Shown: positions 36,985-50,067, counted from the first letter of the stretch. The stretch is DNA of 64,000 nucleotides from Scyliorhinus canicula (GCF_902713615.1 NC_052160.1:26048083-26112082); one strand, 5' to 3'. Translations and numbers: made by a program. The notes: generated by a model not told the origin, from the sequence alone.

Positions 36985-39066
36985 ACACCGCCTGCTGACG
37001 CTCACTCTCCCGCAAAGAAGTCAATAAATGCTTGCCGGGCGAACCCCTGTACAGATCCCCTCAAGGCGAACTTAATTTTTTCCATACCCAGGAAACTCGA
37101 CATGTCCGCAAGCCACAACTCAGTCTTCGGGGGCTTTGAGTCCCTCCACGCCAATAGTATTCGTCGCCGGGCTATCGGGGAAGCAAAGGCCAAAACATCG
37201 GCCTCTTTCTCCCCCTGGACTCCCGGGTCTTCCGAAACCCCAAAAATTGCCACCCCTGGACCCATCGCCACCCTTGTTTTTAGCACCGGGACATGACGTC
37301 CGCAAATCTCTCCCAGTACCCCCTAAGCTTAGGGCATGCCCAAAACATGTGAACGTGGTTCGCTGGTCCTCCTAACGCATTTGTTCTCTATCCCAAAGAA
37401 TTTGCTCATCCGAGCCACCGTCATGTGGACCCGGTGAACGACCTTAAATTGGATCAGCCCGAGCCTGGCACATGTCGCGGTCGAATTTACCCTACTCAGG
37501 GCCTCTGCCCACAGCCCGTCCTCCATTTCCCCGCCTAGCTCCTCCTCCCATTTAAGTTTCAGTTCCTCCGTCTGGGACCCTTCCTCCCTCATGAGCACCT
37601 TATAAATATCAGAGACTCTACCCTCCCCTTCTTCCCCCTAGAGACTATTCTGTCTCGGATCCCCATTGGCGGGAGGCGTGGGAAAGATGGGACCTGTCTA
37701 CGAACAAAGTCCCGCAACTGTAGGTACCTAAAATCATTTCCCCTTACCAGCCCAAATTTCTCCTCCAAGCTCCTCAAACTCGCAAAGCTCCCTTCCAGGA
37801 ACATATCGCCCACCCTTCCCACCCCCGCCCGCCGCCATACTCAAAACCCCCCATCCATACACCCGGGGGCAAACCGATGGTTGTCGCAGATTGGCGTCCA
37901 AACCGACGCCACCGTCTTCCCTATATGCCTCCTCCACTGGCCCCATATCCGCAGGGTTGCCACCACTACCGGGCTGGTGGAGTACCTGGCTGGCGGCAGC
38001 GGTAGAGGAGCCGTGACCAGGGCTGCCAAGCTGGAGCCACTGCAGGAAGCCGCCTCCACCTGCTTCCAGATAGACCCCGTACCCACCATCCACTTCTTTA
38101 TCATAGCGATGTTGGCCGCCCAGTAACAATTAATCAGACTTGGCAAAGCCAGCCCTCCCTCACTGCGGTTCCTCTCCAGCATCGCCTTCTTCACCCGCGG
38201 GGGTTTTCCCGCCCAGACAAAGCTCATGATCAGCCCGTTAACTCTTTTGAAGAAGGACTGTGGGACAAAGATCGGGAGGCACTGAAAAACAAACAGAAAT
38301 CTAGGGAGGATTGTCATCTTTACAGTCTGCACCCTCCCTGCCAGCGACAGCGGGAGTGCATCCCATCTCTGAAACTCTCCCTTCATTTGCTCCACCACCC
38401 TGGCCAAATTTAACTTGTGCAGCCTGCCCCAGTCTCGTGCCACCTGGATTCCCAAATATCGGAAATTCTCCTCAACCAGCCTAAACGGTAGCCCTCTCAA
38501 TCTGTTCTCCTGGCCCCTTGCCTGTACCACAAACATTTCACTCTTGGCCATATTTAATTTGTATCCTGAAAACTGGACAAACTTCCTCAACGTTCCCAGT
38601 ATACTTCCCATCCCGGCCACTGGGTCCGACACGTACAGGAGCAGGTCGTCTGCGTAAAGAGAGACCCTATGTTCTACCCCGCCCCTCACCATCCCCTTCC
38701 AACCCTCTGCGGCTCTCAGCGCAATCGCCAGCGGCTCTATGGCCAGCGCAAACAGCAGCGGGGAGAGCGGGCAGCCCTGCCTGGTCCCTCGGTACAGCTA
38801 AAGCACTCCGACACTTCTCTTGTTAGTCCTGACGCTGGCCCTCGGGGCCTGATATAATAATTTGATCCATTCCACTAGTCCCTTCCCGAACCCAAACCGT
38901 CCGAGCACCTCCCATAGATAGTCCCACTCCACCCGGTCAAAGGCCTTCTCGGCGTCCATCGCCACCACTACCTCCACCTGCCTGCCCGCCGGGGGCATCA
39001 TTATCACATTAAGTAATCTTCTCAGGTTGGCCGCCAACTGCCTACCTTTCACGAACCCAGTTTGGC
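36790..39066 (-). mobile_element. 5'-truncated L1 (RT to 3' end), frameshifted
   Basis: QTGFVKGRQ, DAEKAFDRVEW, LYADDLLLY, C-terminal domain. Confidence 0.93.
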
Positions 39067-39551
39067 TGTATTCTTTATTAACCAGCTTCTCAACCTGTCC
39101 TGCCACCTTCAGTGACATGTGCACCTAAATCCCTCTGCTTCTCCACCCCCCCCCCTTTAAAGTTGTATAGTTCATTTTACATTATGTCTTTATGTTCTTC
39201 CAACCTAAATCTTTCTTAATCCTGAGAAACTTAAATGTTTAAAAACTTGTAATTAACTATTGTCTGTCGACCATTGATTTAACTCTATTTTTATACACAA
39301 GATGCCGATTGATTTGGGAGACCAGGCCTCATTTCACAGCGACGCCGAGTGATTTCAACCTGTTGTTACATTGTGACATTTGACACAGCAAATTCTAATG
39401 AACATTACTGATATGCACACATCAGGTTCCTGATTTTCTCCCAGACTAAGTTCCCATCCCAGCTTCCAGTTCTGGTCACTAACTTGTGATCCGAGGCGAG
39501 AACTCAGCATGCCTTTTCTCTTTGTTATTTCATCAGGGCTGAAATTGAAAA

Positions 39552-39770
39552 AAAATTTAAAGTACCCAATTCATTCTTTTTCCAATTAAGGGCCAATTAA
39601 GTGTGGCCAATCCACCTACCCTGCACATCTTTGGGTTGTGGGTGTGAGACCCACACAGATATGTGGAGAACGTGCAAACTCCACACGGACAGTAACCCGG
39701 TGCCAGGATCGAACCTGGGTCCTCGGTGGCGTGAGGCAGCAGTGCTAACCAATGCACCACCCTGCCGCCC
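39552..39770 (-). mobile_element. A-tailed V-SINE with TSD agggctgaa(a/g)ttga
   Basis: Standard unit. Confidence 0.85.
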
Positions 39771-40122
39771 CTTGAGGGCTGAAGTTGATTGAAACAACCT
39801 GCACTGTCACCACAACCACAAACCTGGTCCCTTCCTGGCCTTTGACATAATAGTGACTCCATTTCAAACAGGTTCAAGTTAGGTGTAAAATGCTTTGGGA
39901 CACCCTGAGGATGTGAAAGACACTATATAAATGTAGGCCTATCTGTCTTCAGTAATTTGTGAACCCTGGGGTAAGTCTAAAAATAAGTGTAATATAAAAT
40001 TTATTGTGGGTGTGCTGGGTCTAAACTGAAGTTTAAAATGTCTCTTGTGAAAGCTTAAACTGTGCTTAATGCACCCTTTTTGGGCTCTGGAATTGATGCC
40101 TCTCTTCTGTTCATATATGCAG

Positions 40123-40181
40123 CTAAAGTTGGTAAAACATCACTGATCATGTCCTTGGTAAGCGAGGAGTTTCCTGAGGAG
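40123..40181 (+). CDS. RHOT2: RHOT2 exon 2
   Basis: KVGKTSLIMSLVSEEFPEE (P-loop); 59 nt. Confidence 0.95.
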
Positions 40182-40207
40182 GTGAGTCAAGGTTTCTATT
40201 ATACAAT

Positions 40208-40604
40208 GGCCGGGATTCTCCCTTCTGGTGACTAAGTCCCCACACCGGCGGGAAACCCGGCGCCAACGACTCCGGCGTCAACAGCCCCCCAAAGTGAGGA
40301 ATTCTCACCTGTCCAGGGGGCTAGGTGGACGCTGGAGTGGTTGGTGCTGTTCCAGCCGGCGGCGAAGGGCCGGCGTGAGGTCGCGCATGTGCGGAACGGC
40401 TGGCGTGATCTCGTGCATGCGGGGAACAGCCGGCGTGATTCGGCGCATGTGCAGACCGGCCGCCGTATTTTTGCGCATGTTCTCTTCTCCGCAGGCAATA
40501 TGGCGGAGCCCTACAGGGGCCCGGCGCGGAAGGGAGAAGTGTCCCGACGGAACAAACCCGCCTGCAGATCGGTGGGCCCCGATCATGCCCCCCCCCCCCC
40601 CCCC

Positions 40605-40648
<44 letters not shown>

Positions 40649-40950
40649 AGGATCGGATCCCACCACACCCCACCGAGGACGCCCACACATGCTCACCTGA
40701 CAGTTCCCGCTGTGCGTGAGATGAGTAATTCACGCTGACGGGACTGACCAAAATTGGACGGCCGCTCAGCCCATCGGGGCCCAGAGAATCACCGGGGAGG
40801 CCGCTGTCAACGGCCTCTGACAGGTGTGGCTGGAATCCTGCTCCCGCGCGAAAAACGGCGGCGGAGCATAGGGCAGCCGGCGCCGGGACGGGATTCATGC
40901 CTTCCCCCCGGGGATTCCCCGACCCGGCAGGGGGTCGGAGAATCCCGCCC
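40208..40950. mobile_element. PIF/Harbinger-type MITE
   Basis: TIRs ggccgggattctcc / ggagaatcccgccc, 3-bp TSD AAT, no transposase, central poly-C. Confidence 0.85.
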
Positions 40951-41618
40951 AATGTGTTTTACATTGCCACACCGCGCCTCCCCCCATACACAAACACACA
41001 CACACTGTAATAGGGGTACTTTGCATCTGCAAATATAATATAAAATATATTTAAATATATTATTACCAAAGGATGAGGCAGCGTTTGAAGAATATGAAAC
41101 CTCTACGTCTCCAAGTGCTATATTGAACAAAAGAGTACTATTTGGGCTCAAGTGGGGACAGAGATAGAAGTGAACTACTATTGTATCATGGTGTGCTGGG
41201 ACCCTAGATGTGTTAACCCTGCTGTCACGTGACTGAAATTAACTGCGGGGACTGCAGAATAATACATCCAGATCAAAGCAAATTTGTGTGCATGTGAGAG
41301 AAACACTGAAGCACCAGGAAACAGCAGAACCATTATAGCTGAAAGCCTTTTAGTGCAGCCAAAATACCGTACTTGTCCAGCTTCCAGGTTCATCCGAGAA
41401 CCAACTTCCTGGTTATTTGTCTACGTGAGGTTTCACAGCTTCACGAGAATCCTTTGTTTCTAAAAGGCCTTCAATCCAACTTAAAGGAACAACTCAACCC
41501 AGAAATCAACAGGCCTGCATCGCTAGAACGACTGAATTATAAAAATGGAATTCATAATTAGGGTTTTAATTTTATCTGTATCTAACCTTTGTGCGTGTGA
41601 TGGTGTGAGTGACACTTT

Positions 41619-42162
41619 GGGGCGGATTTTCCGCTCTTGTTTTTGTTGGGAGGGATCAGAGACGGCAGCGGATAAGCCTGCGAGAGGCCAGAATAGCGCT
41701 TGGCCCCAATGTAGAGGCGTCCCCACCGCCAGCTGGTGGAATAACGAGAATCCTGATGTTTAACGTTGAATCTCTAGTAAAATAAATTAGCATCTGATTT
41801 TCAGGCCTCCAACGCCTGATAATGCCCGCTCATTACATTAACCATTCACATCGGTGTGAATTATGACAGGTCTCTCATGGTGTGTACCTGTCGAGTAGAA
41901 CTCGGCAGAGAAGCTCAGGTAAGTGTATCATTCGGGGTGGGGGTGGGCGACCGAGGGAAGAGAGGTACTGACCCTGGTTTTGTATCGGGACGATTTCTAA
42001 AAAACAATCAGAACCCACACTGTCAGCCTTGCGTCATGGAACCCACCCCCTTTCTTTTCTCTTATCAGGCTAACAAATTGGCAGAGTAAATCACCGTTGG
42101 TGCCAGTGCCTCTTTTCCCACTCGCTGCGACACTCTACATATTTTAGGGAGAATTCTGCCTG
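41619..42162. mobile_element. Older Harbinger-type MITE
   Basis: Degenerate TIRs ggcggattttcc / ggagaattctgcc. Confidence 0.5.
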
Positions 42163-42229
42163 CTGTGTTTCACAAATCTGGTGCAAGTGTGTGAAAATAA
42201 ATAACTTGTTTTAAAAATCACCAAAAGAA

Positions 42230-42455
42230 GGGGTGGTACGGTGGAGCAGTGGTTAGCACTGCTGCCTCACGACGCTGAGGACCCGGGTTCGATCCTGGCC
42301 CCGGGTTAGGGTTAGGGTTAGGGTCTGTGTGCAGTTTGCGTATTGTCCTTGTGTCTGCGTGGGTCTGAAAGATGTACAGGGTAGGTGGATTGGCCACGAT
42401 AAATTGCTCCTTAATTGGAAAAAAATAATTGGGTACTCTAAAAAAATGTTTTTAA
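42230..42455 (+). mobile_element. V-SINE carrying an internal (TTAGGG)3
   Basis: Telomeric hexamers at 42306-42323 replace the consensus 'cact' segment. Confidence 0.85.
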
Positions 42456-42700
42456 ATCATAAGAAGACCTGTTGCTGGAATTTATTTTGAACTAGGAAAA
42501 ATCACTCTTGAGGGTAAGGTAATACACACACCTTACACAAACATCCTGATTACACTGTGGGAGGGACCACACAAATCCTGTCCGTAAGACACTCCTGTCA
42601 TGGACAGCCATTGGGGAGTCAGGAGGGGAGCTTCTCACCACTGAGTTCTCAGTCTAAATCTGCTGATGCAGCCACAATATTTATGTGACTGATCCAGTTG

Positions 42701-45700
42701 GACTTCCGGTGGAGGTATGTAGGGAGAAGAAATACATGAGGTGGCTCCCGCTAGGGTACAGTCTTTTTTTAGCCCATTGTACCCAATTTCTGGGAGTATT
42801 TCTGTTCAAAAACACACATATTTAAGACAATATAGTGCCTATTTTGGGGATATGCCAAGGAAGTTCAAGAGGAAGAGGCCTGATAGCAATTATTCGTCGA
42901 CTGAATCGGAGGCTTCTCGGGGCTCGTTGGTGGAGAAAATGGCAGAGGCAGCTTCTGTGACACCAGCCACTCCAGTAACAGCCGAGATACCTACCGACAT
43001 CCTGGCAGCGGAATTTGAGAAGCAAAGGCGGGTAGTGTTGGGGGACTTCCACAAGTTGAAAGAAGAGGCCTGGCTCCATTCGGTTGGCGTTGGAGAAGAC
43101 CAAAGAGATGGTAACAGCACATGGCGCTGCGATGCAAGGCATGGAGGCGACCCTTTCGAGGCGCATCGGCCCGATTGCCTCTCTGGAAGCGGAGATGTTG
43201 CTGATGGCTGAGGCGAATAAAAGCACTGAAGGCCAAATTGAATGATCTGTGGAATCATTCCAGGAGACGAAATATCTCCGTTGCAGGGTTTCTAGAGGGG
43301 ATGGAAGGCCCAACTCCCAACTCCTAAGAAGATGTTTGGGAAGATGGTGGGGGAGGGTGGACTCGCAACCCAAACGAGCTGGATCATGCCCACCAGACAC
43401 TCCAGCAGAAGCCCCATCCTATAGAACTACCGCAAGCAGTTATTGTGAAGCTCCACAGCTTTCAGAAAAAAGAGGGGGTCCTGAGATAGGCAAAAGACCA
43501 TCATGATTACAAATGGGAAGGCGGGGCAGCACGGTGGTGCAGTGGGTTAACCCTGCTGCCTCACGGCGCTGAGGTCCCAGGTTCAATCCCGGCTCTTGGT
43601 CACTGTCCGTGTGGAGTCTGCACATTCTCCCTGTGTTTGTGTGGGTTTTGCCCCCACAACCCAAAGATGTGTAAGGTTTAGCTATGCTAAATTGACCCTT
43701 AATTGGAAAAAAATTGAATTGGGTGCTCAAAAATTAAAAAAAACAAATGGGAAGGCCACACCATCAGGTTCTACCAGGATGTGGGAATAGAACTGGCTAA
43801 GAATTGGGCAGCGTTCAACAAACCTAAAGCTGTCCTGTATAAAAGTGGAGTCCGATTTGGAGTGGTGTACCCAGCACAATTGAGAGTGACTTTTTAAAAA
43901 AAATTTAGACTTTCCGTTAACTAACTCTTCAGTTTTGCTCCACTTCTATATCCTTTAGCAATAGAACCTCTCGCCGTAGCACTGAGCTATTCTAGGGGGA
44001 TAAATCGGGGAGGAATGGAGCATAGGTGTTCTTGTACGTAGACAATCTGCATCTTTATATTATGGATCCAGTGTACACACTGGGTGAGATAATGAAGCTA
44101 CTTTGGAGGTTTGGCTCTTTCTCTGGGTTTAAGTTGAATTAGATTAAGAGCAAATGCTTGCGGTTATTCCGCCGGAGAGGGTAGCCCATCTGGATATGTT
44201 ACCATTTCGCCTTGCCAGATCCACCTTTCGTTATCTGGGTGTCCAGGTACCCAGACTGGGCCTAGCTTCATAAATTAAATTACGCTAGTGTGGTTAATGG
44301 GGTCAAATCTGACTTACAGAAGTGGAATAACCTCCCCCTGTCCTTGGCAGGCAGGGTTCAGACCATTAAATCGCGTGATTTTTATTTATTTTTCAGTGTC
44401 TCCCCATTTTTCTCCCCAGAAATTCTTCATCAGAATTAACAAATTAGTGTTCTCTTTCATTTGGACCTGGTACGACCCCAAAGATCCATAGGCGTTCCTC
44501 CAGAGGGATAGACAGTCAGAAGGTTTAGCTTTACCCAATTTATTATTTTATTATTGGGCAACTAATATTGAGAAAGCACTGAGGTGGTTTAGTGATCCGG
44601 GTTCCATATGGGGACAATTGGAGGTGAGTTCTTGTAAGGGTTCCAGCCTCGCTGCCTTAGTAACTGCATCAATGTCGTTTTCTCCGGCAAGATTTTCTTT
44701 GAACCGGGCAGCACGGGGGCACAGTGGTTAGCATTGCTGCCTACGGCGCTGAGGACCTGGGTTTGAATCCTGGCCCTGGGTCACTGTCCGTGTGGAGTTT
44801 GCACGTTCTCCCCGTGTTTGCCTGGTTTTCACCCCCACAACCCAAAGATGTGAAGAATAGGTGGATTGGCCATGCTAAATTGCCCCTTAATTGGAAAAAA
44901 TAATTGGGTGCTCTAAATTTGTAAAAAAAAAAAAAGATTTTCTTTGAACCCGGTGGTGTCCACCTCGAGAGTCTGGAAGCAATTCAGACAGCATTTTAAA
45001 CTTAGCTCTGTGTCTGCAGGCCTCTGACTGCAGTAATCATCTTTTTTTGCCAGTGGGTTTAGATTCAACGTTTATGGCGGGGGAGGAGGGTTTGGACAAA
45101 TTTGGGGACTTGTTTGTGGAGGGAAGGCTTGCCAGCTTTAAGGAGCTGTTGGAAAAATGTCAACCGTCTGTTTTCAATCTGTTTAGAAATTTTCAGATTC
45201 ACGATTTTTTGCGTGAGGCACGTCCCTCGGCACCATCTTCCTTCCTGTTGAACAGAATCTTTTCTTTGGCCGTGTCTGCTGGGAGAGCAGCTCGGGTATT
45301 CACAGCCAGATCCTGTCAGTGGATTCTGCTCCATTGGATGAGGTAAAGGCGAAAGGGGAGGGTGAATTGGGTCCTATTCTGGATGATGAGGTGTGGAGTG
45401 GGGTGGAGGACAAGTATGAGCGTTGCTCTTGGGGTGCCGGCTAATCACACGCATATGTTCTGGTCTTGTCCCAAGTTGATGAGCTTCTGGGTCTCCTTCT
45501 TTAGCACCATGTCAGAGATGCTTAATGTGTCCGTTGGTGGGCATTTTCGGGGTATCATCTGCTGGTGCTGTGGGCGGAGGTGACGGTGGAAGTCCTCATC
45601 TTTGCCTCGTTAATAACCTGGAGACAGGTCCTGCTTGGCAGGAGATCTTCTGTTCCGCCCAGTACCTCAGCTTGGTTTGGTTATCTCATGTCATTCTTGC

Positions 45701-45930
45701 ATTTGGAAAAGGTCAAGTACACGATTAGGGGGTCAGTAGAAGGGTTCTACCTAAGATGGCAGCCATTCATTTCCTTTTTTAGATAGTTAGTCACCGTTAG
45801 TTGTTATGGGATTTGGTTTAATGTTGGGGGTTAAGTTAGTGTGGGTTCTTGATTGTTTATTGTGTTCTTCTTGTATTACAACTTGTATTAACTGTTTCAT
45901 GTTATATAATTAAAAATATGCATTTTTTAA
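42701..45930 (+). mobile_element. Internally deleted L1 (5' end and ORF1 remnant joined to RT C-terminal half) with two nested SINEs
   Basis: Starts GACTTCCGGT; TSD tgactgat(c/t)cagtt; ORF1 traces to ~43890, then LAIEPLAVAL at ~43955; SINEs at 43523-43743 (TSD acaaatgggaaggc) and 44706-44933 (TSD aagattttctttgaacc). Confidence 0.8.
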
Positions 45931-46222
45931 ATGACTGATTCAGTTACGTTTCTGATCAGTGATAACCCCAGAATATTGATGGTGAGGGATTCAGTGACGA
46001 TAATGCCATTAAATGTGAAGAGGAGTTGGTTAGATTCTCTCCTGTTCGAGCTGGTCATTCCCTGGCACTTGTGAGACATACATTCTACTTACCACTTATG
46101 AGCCTAAGCCTGGTTATTGAACAATGTGTAATCATCAGCAAACATCCCAATATGAAAAGTGGTCATAACACAAGGTGCAAGAAGCAGCCAGCATCAAGGA
46201 ACTTGGTTGAGTACCCCAGCAA

Positions 46223-46366
46223 GGGTCACGGGATTCCCCGTCCCGCCGCACCAGTTTTCTGGTGTGGCGCGGCCCTGCCGGCAGAGGGATTCTTCATCGG
46301 GAAATTACCGGGCGTGGATATGCTGCCGGTGTAATGAAGAATCCCAACAGTGGAGAATCCAGCCCA
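46223..46366. mobile_element. Short Harbinger-type MITE remnant
   Basis: 'cgggattcccc...ggagaatccagccc' termini related to the 40208 MITE. Confidence 0.4.
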
Positions 46367-47110
46367 CTGGCTTTCGGGTAGATCTGGAGTGCAAGCTTCC
46401 TTATTTTGAATATATTGTACCCTCGCTGTGTTCACTTTCCTCTGTTGAAAGGAACTTGGTTCTCTGACAATATTACACTTGTAAATGCGTGATTGCTGAT
46501 AAAGGTCTGCACTTCTGTCCCAAGGACAACTTGCTGATGTTTGAACGTAAGAAGCTGAGATGTGTTCTTCATATTGACTCTCTGTGATTATACAGTCCTG
46601 TGCCGTGTAATATACTATAGCATGTTATTTATTTTGGCTTATCAGAGTGTGATTGAAACAATATTCAGGATATTTCTATTTAGCTGGTTCCCCATAGCGA
46701 TTGGATCAGCCACCTCTTCCTTCAGGGTGCGGCAGGCCACAGAGGACATCTCCATGGTTTCCTCACAGCCCCTCCTTCAGCAGCTGATCTGTAAGCTTGG
46801 ATAGGACTCAACATCTACAATTTCAGAGGAAAAGATTTGGCTTTCTTTAGCAGAATCCTCTTGTTTCTCGGTCAGATCAGACTTGCTGATGCACCTCGAT
46901 AGTTGGTAAAAATGGGCACTGAGTTACGTAACCTTTAAGGAACCAGAGGTCATCATCATTGCTGAAATAAATTTCATGCTGGTCACTGTGACTCTCCCTT
47001 TAAACAGAGGTTGTTCACATCCTCAGTGTTGGGTTGATGGGCACAGAGTTGGCCGACCTCCTCACTTGTGAATGTTCAAATGATTCCCTGTCTTTATGGT
47101 TTGTCATTAG

Positions 47111-47209
<99 letters not shown>

Positions 47210-47246
47210 TAGCTTCCCAGAACTGAAATGAGTGATGCTGTCTCTT

Positions 47247-47537
47247 ATAGAATCCCTACAGTACAGAAGGAGGCCATTTGGCCCATCGAGAATGCACTGA
47301 CCCTCCAAAAGAGCACTCTACCTAGGCCCACTCCGCCACCCTATCCCCATAACCCTGTGCATTCACCATTGCCAATCCACCTAACCTGCACATTGTTGGA
47401 CTGTGGGAGGAAACTGGAGCATCTGTAGGAAACCCACACTGACACAGGGAGAACAAAGTCACCCAAGGTCAAAATCGAACCCGGATCCCTGGCACTGGGA
47501 GACAGCGGTTCTAACCACTGCACCACCATGCCGCCCT
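47247..47537 (-). mobile_element. HE1-type SINE
   Basis: CR1/HER1 tail 'ggcctccttctgtactgtagggattcta'. Confidence 0.8.
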
Positions 47538-47569
47538 GCATGTTGCAGTTAAGTATTTTATGATGTCTG

Positions 47570-49220
47570 CCATGGCTCATGGTAGCACTCTCATCCCTGA
47601 GTCACACGGTTGCGCCTTCAAACCCCACTCCAAAGACTTAAGCACAAAATCTAGGCTGACACTTCAGCCCAGTGCTGAGGGACTGCTGCACTGTCAGAGC
47701 TGCTGTCTTTTGGGTGAGCCCTTGTTAAGCTTACCCTTGCAACTGGACGTAAAAATGACCATGACTTTTGAAGAAGAGCAGGGGTGTTCTCCCCAGTGTT
47801 ACGGACAGGAGTGGGGTTAATTTAACCAGCACTAATTTCTCCTCTCGTCACCTGTCCAAAAACAGAAAGGTGTTTCCCTTTTTATAAGTTGTGGCTTATT
47901 TCCCCAACCCCTAGGTTTTCGTTCGATCAATTTTCTATTAACTAATCCACAGAAAATTTGAGATGGGATAATTTAAAAGGGATAGTCTATTGCACACATT
48001 CAAACCATGAAAGGGGGGTCACAACATCGTCTCCACCCTCAGACAGTAAAGAGAGGGATAGTTAAAAAGAGGTTTTAAAATATGGAGACCACTGAGAAAA
48101 TGAATATTGGTTCACATGAGTTCCAGAGTGCAGAATCAAATTCCAATGGGATATTCCTTCACCAAGGACAGTGGGCTGCAAACCAATGCTGGACAATTCA
48201 CTTTCCCAGTGGAGTTAACTTCACAGGATGATTTGGGCATGCAGAGGTGAATCAGTCTCTTCGGTGATGGTACCGAATTTCCAGCAGACGCCGTATAGAT
48301 GGGGTCCACGAATTCCACCTGGGCACAGCTCCTTGTCTATAATGCTGCTTGTTAGATGGCAAACAGCAGACTGAACTACGCAGCTCAGCAAAGCAATATT
48401 ACTTGTTTCACAAGTCAGAGGCCCTTATCATGACTCACACCTCTCCATCAGGTCTTTGACAAAGGATGTGTTTCCGTCATCTGGATTTTAAAGACTGTTA
48501 AATGTCTTACCCATTAGGAATTGAAAGGAAGGTTGCAAAGCTTTTGTCTTAACAGATGCCCCCTCCTTCTGGCCAACCTAAGTTATTAAATGTAGATGGC
48601 CTTTGCATAGCTCATTTTGAAGTTGGGCTGTACAGTCCACAGGTGGTCATTAGTGGCTCCTCTGAGATAACGGGGGGGGGGTCTTTCCTGAAATTGCCAG
48701 GTAACTTCTTTCGTTCAGGTGTCAAGACAGACAGATGTTAAGACATTTTATTTTTAAATTATTTTTTTATATATTTAGAGTACCCAATTATTATTTTTTT
48801 CCAACTAAGAGGCAATTTAGTGTGGCCAATCCACCTAACCTGCACATCTTTTGGGTTGTGGGGGCGAAATCCACGCAGACATGGGGAGAATGTGCAAACT
48901 CCACATGCACAGTGACCCAGGGCCGGGATTCGAACCCAGGCCCTCAGCGCTGTAGTGGTATCCACTGCGCCACTGTGTTGCCCTTAGATGTTAAGACATT
49001 TTAACAGTCTTTGTTCAGTTTTTAAAATTTGGAAATAGCAATGAGCATATCAATATTTTTGAATGAAAATATGTAGTGTGAGGTCTTAGTTCCTCACACC
49101 AGTCTCCTGAACAATGTTTATCCTTCAACTAACACCTCATTGCTGTACATGTCAACTTGCTGTGTGCAAATTATCTGCTTCATTTTCCTACAGTACAACT
49201 GGCTGTTACATTTTGGGATA
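47570..49220 (+). mobile_element. Deu-SINE split by a solo LTR
   Basis: SINE sequence breaks at 'ttctccccag' and resumes at 'ccagtctcctgaacaatgtttatcc'. Confidence 0.7.
47797..49098. mobile_element. Solo LTR (family unassigned) with nested V-SINE at 48751-48984
   Basis: TGTTACGGA...TCCTCACA termini, 4-bp TSD CCAG (47793-47796, 49099-49102); SINE has an 18-bp TSD agatgttaagacatttta. Confidence 0.75.
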
Positions 49221-49622
49221 CGATCCCAAGCGTCATTCTTCATTTTGGAGCTGGGACAGTGTGTGATGCTACATTACTGAAGGATGATAGACATTAAGCC
49301 CAATGCTTGATAAGGATCAGGAGGGCCCGGTTTCCACTACCCGCCCTTTCCTAGTCTACAGCTTTGTTGTGCCCGGGTTTCTGTCTCAGCTTCGATCAGC
49401 TAACATGGCACAGCTTGAAGGTTAACCTCTGTGTGAGCCAACTAACTGGACGATAGAGAGAGCCTCCAGACCCAGCTTAGTAACCTAAATCCAGTTCTTA
49501 AGAAAGCTTTGCTTGTGTCCTTGCCTTTCCCAGTGCTGGTTTGGTGTATCTTGTTGGTAACAGGTAGGTGTGAAATGTGTGCGTTTGTACAAAGCATATA
49601 ACCTTCCTTTGTTTGCTTGCAG

Positions 49623-49666
49623 CATCAGAGCAGACAGATGATGAGCTCCAGGATGAGATTAATAGG
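49623..49666 (+). CDS. RHOT2: RHOT2 exon 4
   Basis: (A)SEQTDDELQDEINR; 44 nt. Confidence 0.93.
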
Positions 49667-49771
49667 GTAAGAACCTCCCAGATTCATGGCTACTGTCGTC
49701 ATTAATAATTATGTGTTCTTTGGCTTGCATTGATGCCCCATGTGCTTAAATCTTCCTCTGTCTCTTTCCAG

Positions 49772-49825
49772 GCAAATGTGGTTTGCGTTGTGTATGATGT
49801 AAATGAAGAAAGCACTATCAAAAAG
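49772..49825 (+). CDS. RHOT2: RHOT2 exon 5
   Basis: ANVVCVVYDVNEESTIKK; RHOT2-type (RHOT1 reads ANVICIVYAVNNKHSIDK). Confidence 0.95.
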
Positions 49826-50067
49826 GTACTGTACCACCTTGTGTCGCTTTACACTTTACAATGTGCAGTGAGTCACCTTATGCCTGAAGTCACTGAGGAA
49901 GCAAATGACTAAAACCTGACTTTCTTCTGCATAATAAGCAAAACCATAAACCAGTCTAAAAACAAATTGGGTTTTATCAGTAGAGTTATACATGGATGAT
50001 GATAAACTTCACAAAGCAATGGTTAGGTGACAGCTTGACATCTTTACATCAAGATTTCTTGGAGCCA

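Noticed and set aside
40228-40952. Pro/Gly-rich ORFs
   Set aside because: Artefacts of a GC-rich MITE and its poly-C run
46872-46965. Minus-strand C/D box snoRNA-like segment
   Set aside because: Antisense to the host gene, with no identifiable guide or C'/D' boxes
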